In this document: positions 48,884 through 64,000 of the stretch, one piece after another | Position numbering within the stretch: position 1 is the first letter of the stretch | How the letters are laid out: each line of letters begins with the position of its first letter | DNA from: Fidelibacterota bacterium | GTDB taxonomy: Bacteria > Fidelibacterota > UBA2242 > JAFGTP01 | DNA: 64,000 bases | Assembly (NCBI GenBank): GCA_016934035.1 | Contig: JAFGTP010000011.1 | Coordinates: 60,486-124,485, forward strand | Direction of reading: 5' to 3' | The notes under the pieces: generated by a model | The model's input: the letters and a program-made list of their open reading frames with translations, nothing else | The model's database searches: none | What the model was told of the DNA's origin: nothing | Program-made: the position numbers and the translations under genes

Positions 48884-50155
48884 ATGAAAAAATTAATCAC
48901 CCTCTTCATGGTTTGCACTCAACTCTTTGCCATTGAAAATAGAGTGCGTCTGGTGACCTACAATCTGGAAAACTACGGAGGGGATGGATACAATAATAAG
49001 ACCGAAACCAGCAGAAATCCACATTACCGCACCATCATTAATGCCATTGATCCCGATATACTGGTGGTCCAGGAAATTTATGGAGCCTTTGATGGCGATT
49101 CCCGGTTTTTGAATGATGTTCTGAATCATGAGAATAATATCTACGCTTCCGCTTTTATTGATCAGAAAAATGATGCCAATGGTAATGATGTCTGGCATGA
49201 CATTGGTGTCTATTTTAAAAACCAGATGTTCCAGCCGCTTTCCATCAGGGAGGTGGAAATGTCCGAGGGCTATCTGCGTGATGCTCTTGAGGTTAAATTG
49301 AAATATAATGAAACCGGCGACACAATTATCGTTTATGGCCTGCATTTTAAAGCCGGCGAAAGCGAAGCAGCAGAAAGGCAGCAAGAAGCCCGAAAACTCA
49401 GGAATTATTTGAACACGTTGCCTGAAAATACAACTTTTGTTGTCTGCGGGGATTTTAATATTTATACATCTTCCGAAGAGGCCTGGAAAAGATTGACAGA
49501 AGAACAGCAGGACGATGACGGACGTGTCTTTGATCCGGTTGAGCAGGTGGGAAACTGGCATAATAATAGCTATTATAAAGCAATCCATACCCAAAGTACA
49601 CGGTATGAAAGCGGTGGACTGGATGACCGCTTTGATTTTATTCTCATTTCCGGTGGAATCAAAGAACACCACAAGATTGAATATATCCCCGGGACCTACA
49701 CCGCCTTTGGAAATGACGGGAACCACTTTAATGATTCAGTCAATTGGCAAACCAATAACAGTGTCAGTTCCGAAATTGCCGATGCTCTCTATGCAGCTGC
49801 TGATCATCTTCCGGTCTATGCGGATTTCGATTTTACAGGAACTGTCGGTGTGGTTGAAGAGATAACTCAACCGGATAATTTTGTCCTCGAACAAAATTAT
49901 CCAAATCCTTTTAATCCCCGGACTACCATTGCTTTTCAGGTTCCTTTTCCATCTCATATCAAGCTGGCCGTTTACGATTTAATGGGCAATGAGATCACAA
50001 CCATTCTGAACAGGGAAATGGGCCCCGGCAGATATCACCAGGTCTGGGATGGCACCGACAATAATCATCGAAGGGCTGCCAGTGGAATTTATTTTCTGCT
50101 TTTCCAGTCTTCTTCGGGAGCAAAAATAAGCCAAAAAATGGTTTTGGTTAAATAG
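48884..50155 (+). CDS. Secreted endonuclease/exonuclease/phosphatase-family protein with T9SS-type C-terminal domain
   Basis: TYNL, VQEI, HFKA, GDFN, FDFI, DHLPV; QNYPNPFNP...WDG...SGIYF. Confidence 0.88.
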   Translation: MKKLITLFMVCTQLFAIENRVRLVTYNLENYGGDGYNNKTETSRNPHYRTIINAIDPDILVVQEIYGAFDGDSRFLNDVLNHENNIYASAFIDQKNDANGNDVWHDIGVYFKNQMFQPLSIREVEMSEGYLRDALEVKLKYNETGDTIIVYGLHFKAGESEAAERQQEARKLRNYLNTLPENTTFVVCGDFNIYTSSEEAWKRLTEEQQDDDGRVFDPVEQVGNWHNNSYYKAIHTQSTRYESGGLDDRFDFILISGGIKEHHKIEYIPGTYTAFGNDGNHFNDSVNWQTNNSVSSEIADALYAAADHLPVYADFDFTGTVGVVEEITQPDNFVLEQNYPNPFNPRTTIAFQVPFPSHIKLAVYDLMGNEITTILNREMGPGRYHQVWDGTDNNHRRAASGIYFLLFQSSSGAKISQKMVLVK

Positions 50156-50199
50156 ATTGAAATAATAGATTTACTCTAGCGAAAAAGCAGGGATTATTA

Positions 50200-53100
50200 A
50201 TGGCCAAGAGAATTATATATATCATTTTTTTTATTTTTGGAATGAGCTACGGATCGAATCTTCAATGGGGCTATCGCTTTGTTGATGAATATGAATTTTT
50301 TCGTGGAAGAATATTGGATATTCAGCAGGACTCAACCGGTTTTCTGTGGATTGTTAACCAAAACAGCGGACTTTATCGATTTGACGGTGAAAATCACCAT
50401 AATTATGGTTATATCAAAAATGCACTGAATCTGTCAATTAGTCCTGATAATACCATACTGGTATTATGTAAACATGGAATTTATAAATATCAAGCGGAAA
50501 AGGATTTTTTCACAAAGATAATCAGCAGTGAACACCATTATAAATTTTTAAAATTTTCAGGTAAAAATACCATTATCTATGGACATCAAGACAGTTTAAT
50601 TACTTGTGATACAGACGGCAAAAATAAAAATTTGCTCCATAAGGGGTTGATAATTAATGATATTGCCATGATAAACAGCACAAAATCTATTTTGGTATCT
50701 CAGAATGGCCTTTTTTTATTTGACCTGGATAGTAAGGATACGCTTCGATTAATCGATAATTTATATATTTATGAAGTTAAACCGGACGACATTAATCCGA
50801 ACCTTTTCTGGTATTCTTTCAGGAATCATAAATTTCAATGTACTGATGGTCGGATAAAAAAAATCTATGGTCTGGCAAAATATGATTTAAAGAAATCGGA
50901 AAACACAATTGTATTCTATGATTCAACGAATAACCTGATTAAAGATCTATATGATATTAATGAAAACGCCATGTATTTGGGAAGTCAGCAAGGATTGTTT
51001 GTTTTTGATAAAAAAAATAATGCCCTGGAAAAGGTGACCATATTTGATAATTGGAACCCTAATGTTTTGGATATTCTAATCGATCGTTCGGGTGTTACCT
51101 GGATTGCCACAAATGACGGTCTAGTAAAACAATATCCGATCCAAAAAATAAGTCATTATGATATTGATAAATTTTCACCGGATAATAATTGGCTTAGGTG
51201 TGTCTGTGCCAATGACACCGGGAATATCTGGGTCCTCGGAAATCAGAATAAATTATTTTTCATAAATAACGAAAAACAAAAAATCAATACGGTCAGCTGG
51301 ATCAACAAATATCCGGTTCATGAAAATAAGTTATTGGATATCATCCTGGATGATTCTCAGGGAAATCTGTATTTGGCCGATTATCGCAATGTATATGTCT
51401 GTAGATTTGATTGGAATTCCAGCCCTGACAGTGGTTTGAAACAGGTCCATCAGTTCTCTTATCCTAAGCCTTTTTTCATCAAAAAAGATGGGCTCAATAG
51501 AATCTGGATGAGTAATTTGCATTCATTACTGCGAATTGACAACAAGGCTGTTATTGATACGTTTTATTTTGATAATATTTCAGGTTTGGATTGGATTGAT
51601 GACTCACTGGCCTATGCAAGTATTACATCTTTTGGCAAAACAAAGTTTATAAAAATTAATTTTAATAACAAATCCATTACCGATACCTTATTTTTAAAAG
51701 ACAATGATGGGAATAGTTTTATAACAATTTTTAATAACCTGGTCTATGACAGCGATAATCAAAATATTTACGCCGGTTCAAAGAACAAAGGCTTGTATGT
51801 TTATGATATTGCGAACCAAACTGGAAGTTTTTTTGACCATAGCAATGGATTGTTTTCCAATTCGGTGGCCGGGTTGGTAAAAGATGGTCAAAACAGAATC
51901 TGGATCAACACGTCAAATGCATTGTTTTTCCATAATGGTGATAACCTGAAAATTTTGGATGAAAACTCCGGCCTGGAATGTTTTAAAAAAGACAAAAACC
52001 ATACAAATATTTCCAGAGATCTATCCATAAAGACGTTACTGGATTATGCACAGGAAAAACTGGTTGTGGGCGGTATCAATGGTGTTTCTGTCTTAGATCC
52101 GAATATTTTTTTTAGTTATTCCCTGCGGAGTCCATTTGTTTTAACTAAAGTTAAAATTTATAACAATGAAGTCAATAAAAAAGAGGTGGTAAGAAATGAA
52201 AAAAGGTACTTTTTTTCTTACAATGATAATATTATCACCTTTGAATTTGCTGCTTTAAATTTCCAGAAATTATATTCAAACAAATATGCATTCTTATTGG
52301 AAAATTTCCATAAAAATTGGGTCTACTGTGAGGACAATACCATTACGCTCCACAATCTGGATCCCGGAGAATATACACTCAAAACCCGCTATGCCGATTA
52401 TACCGGGCAATGGTTTGATGGGGATGATTACATAATCATTGTGACGCCGCCTTTCTGGCAAACTTTTACTTTTTATCTACTTTTAGGATTGGTATCTGTC
52501 TTCCTGGTTCTGGCTTTGATCAAGATCCAAACGATTCGAATCAAAAATCAAAACACAGTTTTGGAATACCGGGTGCTACAAAAAACTAAAGAATTACATG
52601 AAAAAACAGAAGAATTGAAAACCGTCAATCAGCAATTGGAAGACATTGTTGAAGTACGGACAAAAAAATTATCAATTGCCAATAAACAATTGATCGAAGA
52701 GATTGAAAAAAAAGAACGATTAAACTTGGAACTGCAAAATAGCCGGGACATCATTGAAGTCAATTTAAGACAGCAAATGCTACTGTCACAGATTACCATT
52801 GATTTTCTTTCTCTGGACAATTTTGAAGAAAAAATTGACAATGCATTGAAACTGTTGGGTGAGGAACTGGATTTGTCCAGTGTTTATTTACTGAATCATT
52901 TTCATGACAGTGACGAAAATATAAAGGTCAACCAGTGGGTTGCCGATCCATCTTTTAAAACCTTTTCACTGATCCAAATCGATGCTGAACTAAAGTCCCT
53001 GAAAAGTAATGAGGTCCTGAGGCTCGATGACCTGAATGGATTGGATACCGAAAGAACGCAATTATTGAATGCCTTTGGGATCAAAGCCATTTTATTCGTC

Positions 53101-54419
53101 CCTCTGATTGTCAATGAAAAATCCCATGGTTATTTAGGCTGTGATGTCAGAAGAGACGGGTATAAATGGAATGAATTTAACATCGGTTTTATACCCAATA
53201 TCGCCCATGTGCTGGGAAACGCCTTGGACAGGAAAATCAATCAGGATGAATTGCTTGAAAGCGAAGAAACTTCCCGCGCTCTGCTCAATGCCGGAGACAG
53301 TTATGCTGTTTTGTTTGATAAAAATAAGCAGATAATCATGGCCAATAAAAATTTTCTGAACCTCATTGGGAAAAAATTAAATGAAATTGTCGGCTCGACA
53401 ATTTATGATCACTTTCCCAAAGAATATGTCATGATTCGTGAACAGCGGTTTTATGAGTGCATGGAAAGAAAGGAATCGGTTCAGTTTGAAGACCAGATCG
53501 GTCATTCCGTTTTCAATAATATCATGAATCCCATCGCTGACCGAGACGGTGAAATTACCAGAGTCGCTTTCTTTTCCTACAACATCACCAAACTGCGGGA
53601 AGCTGAAAAAATTCTCGTGAGTCATCAGGAAGAGTTACAGCAGCAGGTAGAGGAGCGTACCAAAGAACTGAGATTTATCAACAGCGAGTTACTACGAGAA
53701 ATCAAGCAGAGAGAAAAAGCGGAAAAAGAATTAAAAGAATCTGAGCGAATCAAGCGTGAGAATTTGAAAAAACTGGCCCTGCAACTGGCCCATGAAATCA
53801 AAAACCCTTTATCTTCCATAAAAAGTTCCGCACAACTGGTTCAGACCATTCAGACTCTGAAACCCGATGTCGAAAGTACTCTGAAACATATGGAAAAAAT
53901 TAACAGAAATGTAGATACCTGCCATCGAATTATCAATGAACTCTATGAGTTTACCCACGATGCAGATTTTCGTCTGGCGGCAACGGATGTCAAATCGCTT
54001 TTTGGAGAGTTGCTGGAATATACAGAAATCATTGGTTCAGAAAAATCCCTGGAATGCAGCAGTGAAAACCAGGCCACGGACTATGAAATAAAAGTAGACA
54101 GATTTCGTATTTTACAGGCGTTGAAAAATATAGTCAGCAATTCTGTTGATGCCATGATGGAAAAGGGACAGTTAAATATAAAATTTAGTATTTTCAACAA
54201 TGATTTGCTGATGACGATTTCGGACAATGGAGTTGGTATGGATGAAAACACCTTATCAAAAATATTTGAACCCTTTTTCACATCCAAAACCACTGGTTTT
54301 GGTCTTGGGCTCCCTATAGTCAAAAATATTATTGAGAGGCATCAGGGGCGAATTGAGGTTGCAAGCAAACCAGGTGTTGGAACGACGACAACTGTTTATT
54401 TACCGGGGGTGACAAAACA

Positions 54420-54426
<7 letters not shown>
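50200..54426 (+). CDS. Sensor histidine kinase: beta-propeller/Y_Y_Y, TM, GAF, PAS, HisKA, HATPase
   Basis: HNLDPGEYTL, PPFWQT, GAF-like ILFVPL, LAHEIKNPL, SDNGVGM, FEPFFTSK..GFGLGL. Confidence 0.9.
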
Positions 54427-57914
<3,488 letters not shown>

Positions 57915-57918
<4 letters not shown>

Positions 57919-59561
57919 TGAAGCTAAATTCTAACCTATACTGGTTTATATTTTTTATAACCCCGATGCTGATGGGTGCCGATAAAGTCCGTGATTATGA
58001 TCTTGGAGACTGGCTGACAATAAAGAACTGTAATTATGTCACCTCTCTTTGTGAGGGCCGGGATTATGTTTATTTTGGGACCAATGGTGGTGTTATACCC
58101 TTTCACCGGTTTGACCAGTACGAAGAGCCGGCCTACACTGTCAGTGATGGTTTGGCTGATGATTTTATTCTGTCTGTTTATTACGATAACAGCACTGGGT
58201 ACATCTGGGCCGGACACAGAAAAGGTATCAGTTATTTGTCCCCTTCAGGCGATTGGTGGGAAAATCCAATCGTATTTAACCATCATCAATCCGACATTGT
58301 CAAACTTGGCGGTAATACTGATGATATTTTTGCAGAGATGAGTGATGGGTCAATAATGAGAATCAATTCTTTTTCAGGAAATCTGATAGAGTTAATAAAC
58401 CAGCATCCTGCCGATGCGGCGTGGAGTATATCCGCGATTCCCGGGACCATGGAAACGGAGGGAATTTATACAACCGGTCCAGGCTATTGGGTCAAAAATG
58501 ATGGTCTGGTTCAGGATAATGATTTGCGGGAATTTCCCTGGAACCTGAAATATATCGATTCTATGGGGAAATTATATGGTGGCGTGCTGGGCCTGGGCTA
58601 TCTGGTTGGTGATGAAAGAATGCGTCGGTTTGATATCTACCCAACCGGGCCGCTGAAAAATTTTGTTAATACCTTCCTTCTCACTGATGAATTTCTCTGG
58701 CTGGGCAGTAATGATGATATAAAAAATACAGTTATTGACCGGTCAGGCCTCAGCCGATACAATTTTAATGACGGCAACTGGGATTATTTTGAGGATGAAT
58801 TGATCTATGAGCTGGGTTCCGGCTCGGTATCCGAAATAGACTTTGGCAACAATCTGCTGGTGGCCGGCACCAATGAAGGACTTTCCGTCTATGAAGTGGC
58901 TGAAAACCGGTGGCGTCGCTTCAGTGTTCATGACCAACTCTTCAGTGATGGGATCAACACCGTTTGCATGGATGAAAATTTTATTTTGGTTGGTACGGAT
59001 TACGGCCTCAATATTTTAGACCTGTCCAATTGGCGTATTGAAAAAATTAGATTGAGTAAAACTGAAAACCTGGTGAAAATATACAAAATCACTCATGATG
59101 ATGAGCAATTCTGGGTGGGAACGGATAATGGTATTTACGCTTTGAAAATCAACGATCATTCTCTGAAACATTTTGATCAATTTGGGCATGAGACAGAAAC
59201 AGACCAGGTGGTCGCTTCGGTTTGTTATTCTATCAATTCGAATGGTAGCCGGACGGTATTTTTCGGCAGCAATTTTTTGATGATGTTCAATCTTGAAACC
59301 GGGAAATGGACAGATTTGCCTCACTTTTATGGCGATGCCTTTATCTATGATTTCGATATCAAAGGAGATTGGCTCTGGATGGGAACAGACGAAGGGGCAA
59401 AACTTTTGAACATTACAACTCAGTTTTGGGAAGAATATCATATATCCGACGGATTGGCCGGAGAGGAAGTGATGAAAGTTATAATTGATGGTGATTGGGT
59501 GTGGTTTGGTACAGATCGGGGACTGACAAAATACAATTGGAGGAAATATGTCATTGAATAA
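57915..59561 (+). CDS. Exported multi-bladed beta-propeller protein
   Basis: Signal peptide; repeated W.GTD.GL and DGL motifs. Confidence 0.75.
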
Positions 59562-60813
59562 ATTGATTTTAATTATGCTGATGATACTGTTTTTATTGAC
59601 GGCAGCTCTTTGGGGGGCCTTTGATCCAGGGGAGGAAGAAGAGCATGAAACCGGGCCTTTTTTCAGGTACAAAATTCTTTCATATCCAATGATATCCAGA
59701 GATTCCGTCAATGTGAAAATCACCCTAGATGTTCCTTATAATGAAATTCAGTTTATCAAAGAGGGAGATTTGTTTCGCGCTGAATATGAAGCAACGGTTT
59801 TGGTATTAAATGAAAAGGAAGAACATTGTTTTTCAAAAACCTGGAACGACACAATCACCCTTGATAATTATGAACAAACCAATTCAATGAAAAAATTTGT
59901 CAATACCGATATCTCTTTTAATCTGATACCCAATAAGATAAAAATTAAATTCGGTATAATTGATCTGAATTCGAAAAATAAAAAATACCTGACCAAAACC
60001 TATGACTTTCAGGATTATTACAAAGAATCCATGATTATCAGCGAATTAAAAATTGTTGAACAGGAAGAGGAAAAAAAGGACACATCGAATAGTGAGTATA
60101 ATATTTTTGCCGATTCAACCCAAAATGACAAAAAACTCTTTTTGCTCACTTATCAATTGTTATCCGACGGTGGTGTCGGAAGGGTCAATTACCAGATTAC
60201 CGATGAAGAAGGAACTGCAATTTTCAATCAGTCCTACGATAAATTTTTCTCAAAAGGCATTACTGATTTGAAATTTCTTTTTGACGCCCGCAATCTTCAG
60301 TACAAAGAATATAACGTCAGTGTAAAAATAAGGATTGATGAAAAAGAAGTGGAACGTTCCAAAAAGTTTCAGATCCGTTGGTCGGGAATGAACCTGTACA
60401 TTCGAAATTTACCTGAGGCCATTGAGCAGTTGGTCTATATTACGGACAGCAAAACCATGAAAAAATTGCGCAAAGCCAAAGGAGAAGAGCAAAAAGACCT
60501 TTTTGTTGAATTTTGGAAAACCAAGGACCCGACACCGGGTACCGTGAAAAACGAATTGTTAAATGAATATTATAGTCGGGTAAGATTTGCAGAACTGACT
60601 TTCAAGGGATACCGGACCGGTTGGCGCTCAGATATGGGGATGGTCTATATTCTTTTCGGTGCTCCGGACAATATCGAACGCCATCCCTTTGAGGTAAACT
60701 CACGGCCCTATGAAATTTGGTACTACAATGATAAAGGGAAGGTTTTTTATTTTGTCGATGAAAGCGGTTTTGGAGAATATCGTCTGGCTAACCCCAGTCA
60801 GATTTATTACTGA
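59548..60813 (+). CDS. GWxTD-domain protein
   Basis: FWKTKDPTPGT..NE...EYYSRV..A, GWRSDMG.VYI.FGAPD, YEIWYY, FVDESGFGEY. Confidence 0.88.
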   Translation: MSLNKLILIMLMILFLLTAALWGAFDPGEEEEHETGPFFRYKILSYPMISRDSVNVKITLDVPYNEIQFIKEGDLFRAEYEATVLVLNEKEEHCFSKTWNDTITLDNYEQTNSMKKFVNTDISFNLIPNKIKIKFGIIDLNSKNKKYLTKTYDFQDYYKESMIISELKIVEQEEEKKDTSNSEYNIFADSTQNDKKLFLLTYQLLSDGGVGRVNYQITDEEGTAIFNQSYDKFFSKGITDLKFLFDARNLQYKEYNVSVKIRIDEKEVERSKKFQIRWSGMNLYIRNLPEAIEQLVYITDSKTMKKLRKAKGEEQKDLFVEFWKTKDPTPGTVKNELLNEYYSRVRFAELTFKGYRTGWRSDMGMVYILFGAPDNIERHPFEVNSRPYEIWYYNDKGKVFYFVDESGFGEYRLANPSQIYY

Positions 60814-61103
60814 ATCTGATCTTACCTGATGGAAAGCAGTTTTATAGATTATCCTAGGAAACGCAGTCACACTGATTATTAACTTTTAATATTCATCCAT
60901 TTCATGTATTTCCAATAAAGTCAGATAAGTTTTTGGATTATTATACCGATTCCAATAAATTTTTCGGTTATAACGATTATTGAAATTGTGAAAAGGGCAG
61001 GAAGTTCCATATTTTCAGAGAATCATCACTTGAATTGATTTTATATTAACTGTATTTTTATCAAAGTGTTTATTGAAGATTTTTTCAAAGAAAGGGAATC
61101 AAC

Positions 61104-63668
61104 ATGAAAAAGCCAATTAAATCTTTTACTGTATCGCCGGTATTACCGAAGCCGTTAAGGCCCTTGAAGGAAATTGCCTATAACCTCAGGTTTTCCTGGT
61201 CTGCTGAAATGCGGGACTTGTTTACAAGACTGGATATGGACCTCTGGGAATCCTGTGAGCACAATCCTGTCAAAATTTTGAGTAAATTGCCTCAACAGGT
61301 ACTGGATGAAAAAGCAAAAGATGATAGTTATATATATCTGCTTAACAGAGTTTATGATGATTTCAAAAGATATATGGAAGCAAAAACATGGTACCAGGAA
61401 TGCAAGGAATTTCATCCTGATCTCAAAGTTGCTTATTTTTCCATGGAGTATGGTATTAGTGAAGCTTTAGCAATCTATTCCGGGGGCCTGGGAATCCTTT
61501 CGGGGGATCATCTGAAATCAAGTTCTGAACTGGGTATCCCTTTGGTTGGGGTGGGATTGGCCTATCAGAATGGTTATTTCAAACAACATTTGAATATTAA
61601 TGGCTGGCAGGAAGAAGAATATCCTGTCAATGATTTTTACAATCTGCCTATGGAAGTGGTCCTGGACAAAAAAGGGGATGAACTTCGCGTGAATGTTGAC
61701 CTTCCGGGCAGAAAGTTATTTGTGAAAATCTGGAAAGCCCAGATCGGACGTACACCGCTTTTCCTGCTTGATACCAATATTGAAGAAAACAAAGTTGAAG
61801 ACAGACCCTTGACGGCTGAGTTGTATGGTGGTGACACAGATTGGCGCATTCGACAGGAAATAGTCTTGGGAATGGGAGGCATCAAGGCTTTGAAAGCCAT
61901 GGGTGAACCCATTACTGTCTGTCACATGAATGAGGGACACTCTGCCTTTTCCGGTTTGGAAAGAATCCGCTGCCTCATGCAGGATAATGATCTTAACTTT
62001 TACGAAGCCTTGGAGGCTGTCAAAAGTTCATCACTATTTACAACCCATACACCGGTCAAGGCCGGAATTGATAAATTTAACCCCGAATTGATGGTCAAAT
62101 ATTTCAATGATTTTTCTAAAGAGGTTGGAATATCGAACCAGGAACTTTTGGGACTGGGACGTATCAACAAATTCGATGATAAAGAACAGATTTCAATGGC
62201 CGTATTGGCTATTCGGCTCTCAACCCTGGTCAATGGTGTCAGCCAGTTACATGGCGAAGTCGCCAAAAAAATGTGGCATAATTTATGGCCCAACATTTTA
62301 ACAAAAGAAGTACCGATCGGAGCGGTAACCAACGGAATTCACACGGCTTCCTGGATATCAATGGAAATGGCTGAGTTGTTCAACCGATATCTCGGGCCAA
62401 AATGGAGAGAAGAGCCGGCAGACAGAAGTGTTTGGAAAAAAGTAGATGATATTCCGGATGGTGAATTGTGGCGCATCCATGAAATGAGACGGGCCCGCCT
62501 TGTTGGCTTTGCCAGAAAAAAAATGGAAGCCTACCATCGTGAAATAGGCCATCCTACTCACGTTGTGCAAAAAGCAAAGAGTGTACTTAAATCCGATGCC
62601 CTGACCATCGGTTTTGCCCGACGGTTTGCCACTTATAAACGGGCCACACTAATATTCAGGGACCCGCAGCGGCTGGCGAAAATCCTGGACAACCCAACCA
62701 GGCCGGTCCAGATTATCATTGCAGGAAAAGCCCATCCGCAAGACAATGAAGGTAAAAAATATATCAGCCGAATTCTTGAACTGATGAAGGAGGAGCCTTT
62801 TAATCAGAATGTCGTTTTCCTAGAAAACTACAATATGACAATCGCAAGATATCTGGTACAGGGTTGTGATATCTGGCTCAATAATCCTCGCCGTGGCCTA
62901 GAAGCCTGTGGAACCAGTGGCATGAAAGCCTCAGCAAACGGTTGTATTAACTGTAGCACCCTCGATGGCTGGTGGGATGAAATCTATTCACCGGAAATTG
63001 GCTGGGGAATTGGCAACCGACAGGAGCATGAAGATGTCGAATATTGGGATGACCTGGAAGCCAATGAACTATATGCCATGCTGGAAGAGCAGATTGTGCC
63101 GATGTTTTATGATCGTGGTGATGAAAGAATGCCGAGAAAATGGATCAAAATGATGAAAGACAACATGATTACAATATGCCCGATCTTTAATACCAACAGA
63201 ATGTTACAGGATTATATGGAGCAAATGTATCTGCCGGCCCAGATTAGAACAGAAAAAATGTTTGCCAATCAATTTTCCGGCGCCAGGGAACTGGCATCCT
63301 GGAAAAATCACATGCGGGCAGAATGGAATAATATTCGTTTCCTTAAGGTGGATACCAGTGGTGAACAAAATTTAAATGTATCCAGTGAATTCGAGATAAA
63401 AACAGAGATTTACCTTGGGAAAATCAAACCGGAAGATATCAATGTTCAGGTCTATTATGGAAAACTGAATGAAAAGGACTATATCGATGATGGTGAACTC
63501 TTATCATTGGAAATGGTTGAAAAACTGGATAATGAACGCTACCTTTTCAGTACCAAAATTGACACCTGGCAAAGTGGTAAAAATGGGTTTACTCTCAGAA
63601 TATTGCCGGCACACGGAACCCTGGACAATCCCTTTGATGATGGTTTAATCTATTGGTTTGAGGAGTAA
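61104..63668 (+). CDS. glgP: Alpha-glucan (glycogen/starch) phosphorylase
   Basis: AYFSMEYG, YSGGLGILSGDHLK, HMNEGH, FARRFATYKRA, EACGTSGMK. Confidence 0.95.
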   Translation: MKKPIKSFTVSPVLPKPLRPLKEIAYNLRFSWSAEMRDLFTRLDMDLWESCEHNPVKILSKLPQQVLDEKAKDDSYIYLLNRVYDDFKRYMEAKTWYQECKEFHPDLKVAYFSMEYGISEALAIYSGGLGILSGDHLKSSSELGIPLVGVGLAYQNGYFKQHLNINGWQEEEYPVNDFYNLPMEVVLDKKGDELRVNVDLPGRKLFVKIWKAQIGRTPLFLLDTNIEENKVEDRPLTAELYGGDTDWRIRQEIVLGMGGIKALKAMGEPITVCHMNEGHSAFSGLERIRCLMQDNDLNFYEALEAVKSSSLFTTHTPVKAGIDKFNPELMVKYFNDFSKEVGISNQELLGLGRINKFDDKEQISMAVLAIRLSTLVNGVSQLHGEVAKKMWHNLWPNILTKEVPIGAVTNGIHTASWISMEMAELFNRYLGPKWREEPADRSVWKKVDDIPDGELWRIHEMRRARLVGFARKKMEAYHREIGHPTHVVQKAKSVLKSDALTIGFARRFATYKRATLIFRDPQRLAKILDNPTRPVQIIIAGKAHPQDNEGKKYISRILELMKEEPFNQNVVFLENYNMTIARYLVQGCDIWLNNPRRGLEACGTSGMKASANGCINCSTLDGWWDEIYSPEIGWGIGNRQEHEDVEYWDDLEANELYAMLEEQIVPMFYDRGDERMPRKWIKMMKDNMITICPIFNTNRMLQDYMEQMYLPAQIRTEKMFANQFSGARELASWKNHMRAEWNNIRFLKVDTSGEQNLNVSSEFEIKTEIYLGKIKPEDINVQVYYGKLNEKDYIDDGELLSLEMVEKLDNERYLFSTKIDTWQSGKNGFTLRILPAHGTLDNPFDDGLIYWFEE

Positions 63669-63669
63669 T

Positions 63670-64000
63670 TTGAAGGAATTATTGACCAGCATAGCCAAAG
63701 AAAGAATCTATAGTTCAAGAAAAGTAGCAATTTTAACAGGAGCGGGAATTTCGGCTGAGTCCGGAATTCCCACTTTTCGTGATAAGGACGGGCTATGGAC
63801 CAAAATTTCTCCTGAAGAAATGGCCAATTTTGATGCATTTTACAAAAACACCCAAATTGTATCGGAATGGTATCAAAAAAGACGGGAAATCATTGAACAT
63901 ACTCTGCCTAATGCCGGACATTTTGCCCTGAGAGAATTGGAACATTTATTTCCCTCTTTTCATATAATTACCCAGAACATTGACGGTTTACACCAAAAAG
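63670..64000 (+). CDS. cobB: NAD-dependent deacylase (sirtuin), partial at window end
   Basis: TTG 63670 after GAGGAG; KVAILTGAGISAESGIPTFRDKDGLW...PNAGH...ITQNIDGLHQK; absent from the supplied ORF track. Confidence 0.9.
   Translation, partial: MKELLTSIAKERIYSSRKVAILTGAGISAESGIPTFRDKDGLWTKISPEEMANFDAFYKNTQIVSEWYQKRREIIEHTLPNAGHFALRELEHLFPSFHIITQNIDGLHQK

Noticed and set aside
48893..49726. 277-aa minus-strand ORF, and similar antisense ORFs such as 59016..59723 and 29760..30353
   Set aside because: Antisense to well-supported genes, with no motifs of their own

Overview
AT-rich bacterial chromosome segment, most likely from a non-Bacteroidia FCB-group lineage such as Marinimicrobia, KSB1 or Calditrichota (inferred from T9SS-type C-terminal domains, PorV, SusC/SusD and strong AGGAGG ribosome sites). 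It holds housekeeping genes (pabABC, purM, gpsA, acyl-CoA ligase, obgE, dprA, glgP, cobB, tRNA-Leu(CAA)), envelope lipoproteins, a GH97 gene and a TonB receptor-phytase pair. The most notable part is 19.3-37.0 kb. There, a membrane-anchored beta-propeller/Y_Y_Y sensor is fused directly to a sigma54 enhancer-binding ATPase and is followed by an apparently catalytically dead amidohydrolase-fold gene. Two uptake operons follow: SusC/SusD, and TBDR + T9SS cargo + PorV. Each is preceded by a parallel non-coding module: a sigma54-type promoter driving a putative ~60-nt RNA that starts with an identical 15-mer, then a 9-bp tandem array, a second sigma54-type promoter, and a conserved leader hairpin whose 5' arm is complementary to that 15-mer. 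All protein calls come from motif recognition by eye; no database search or folding was run.
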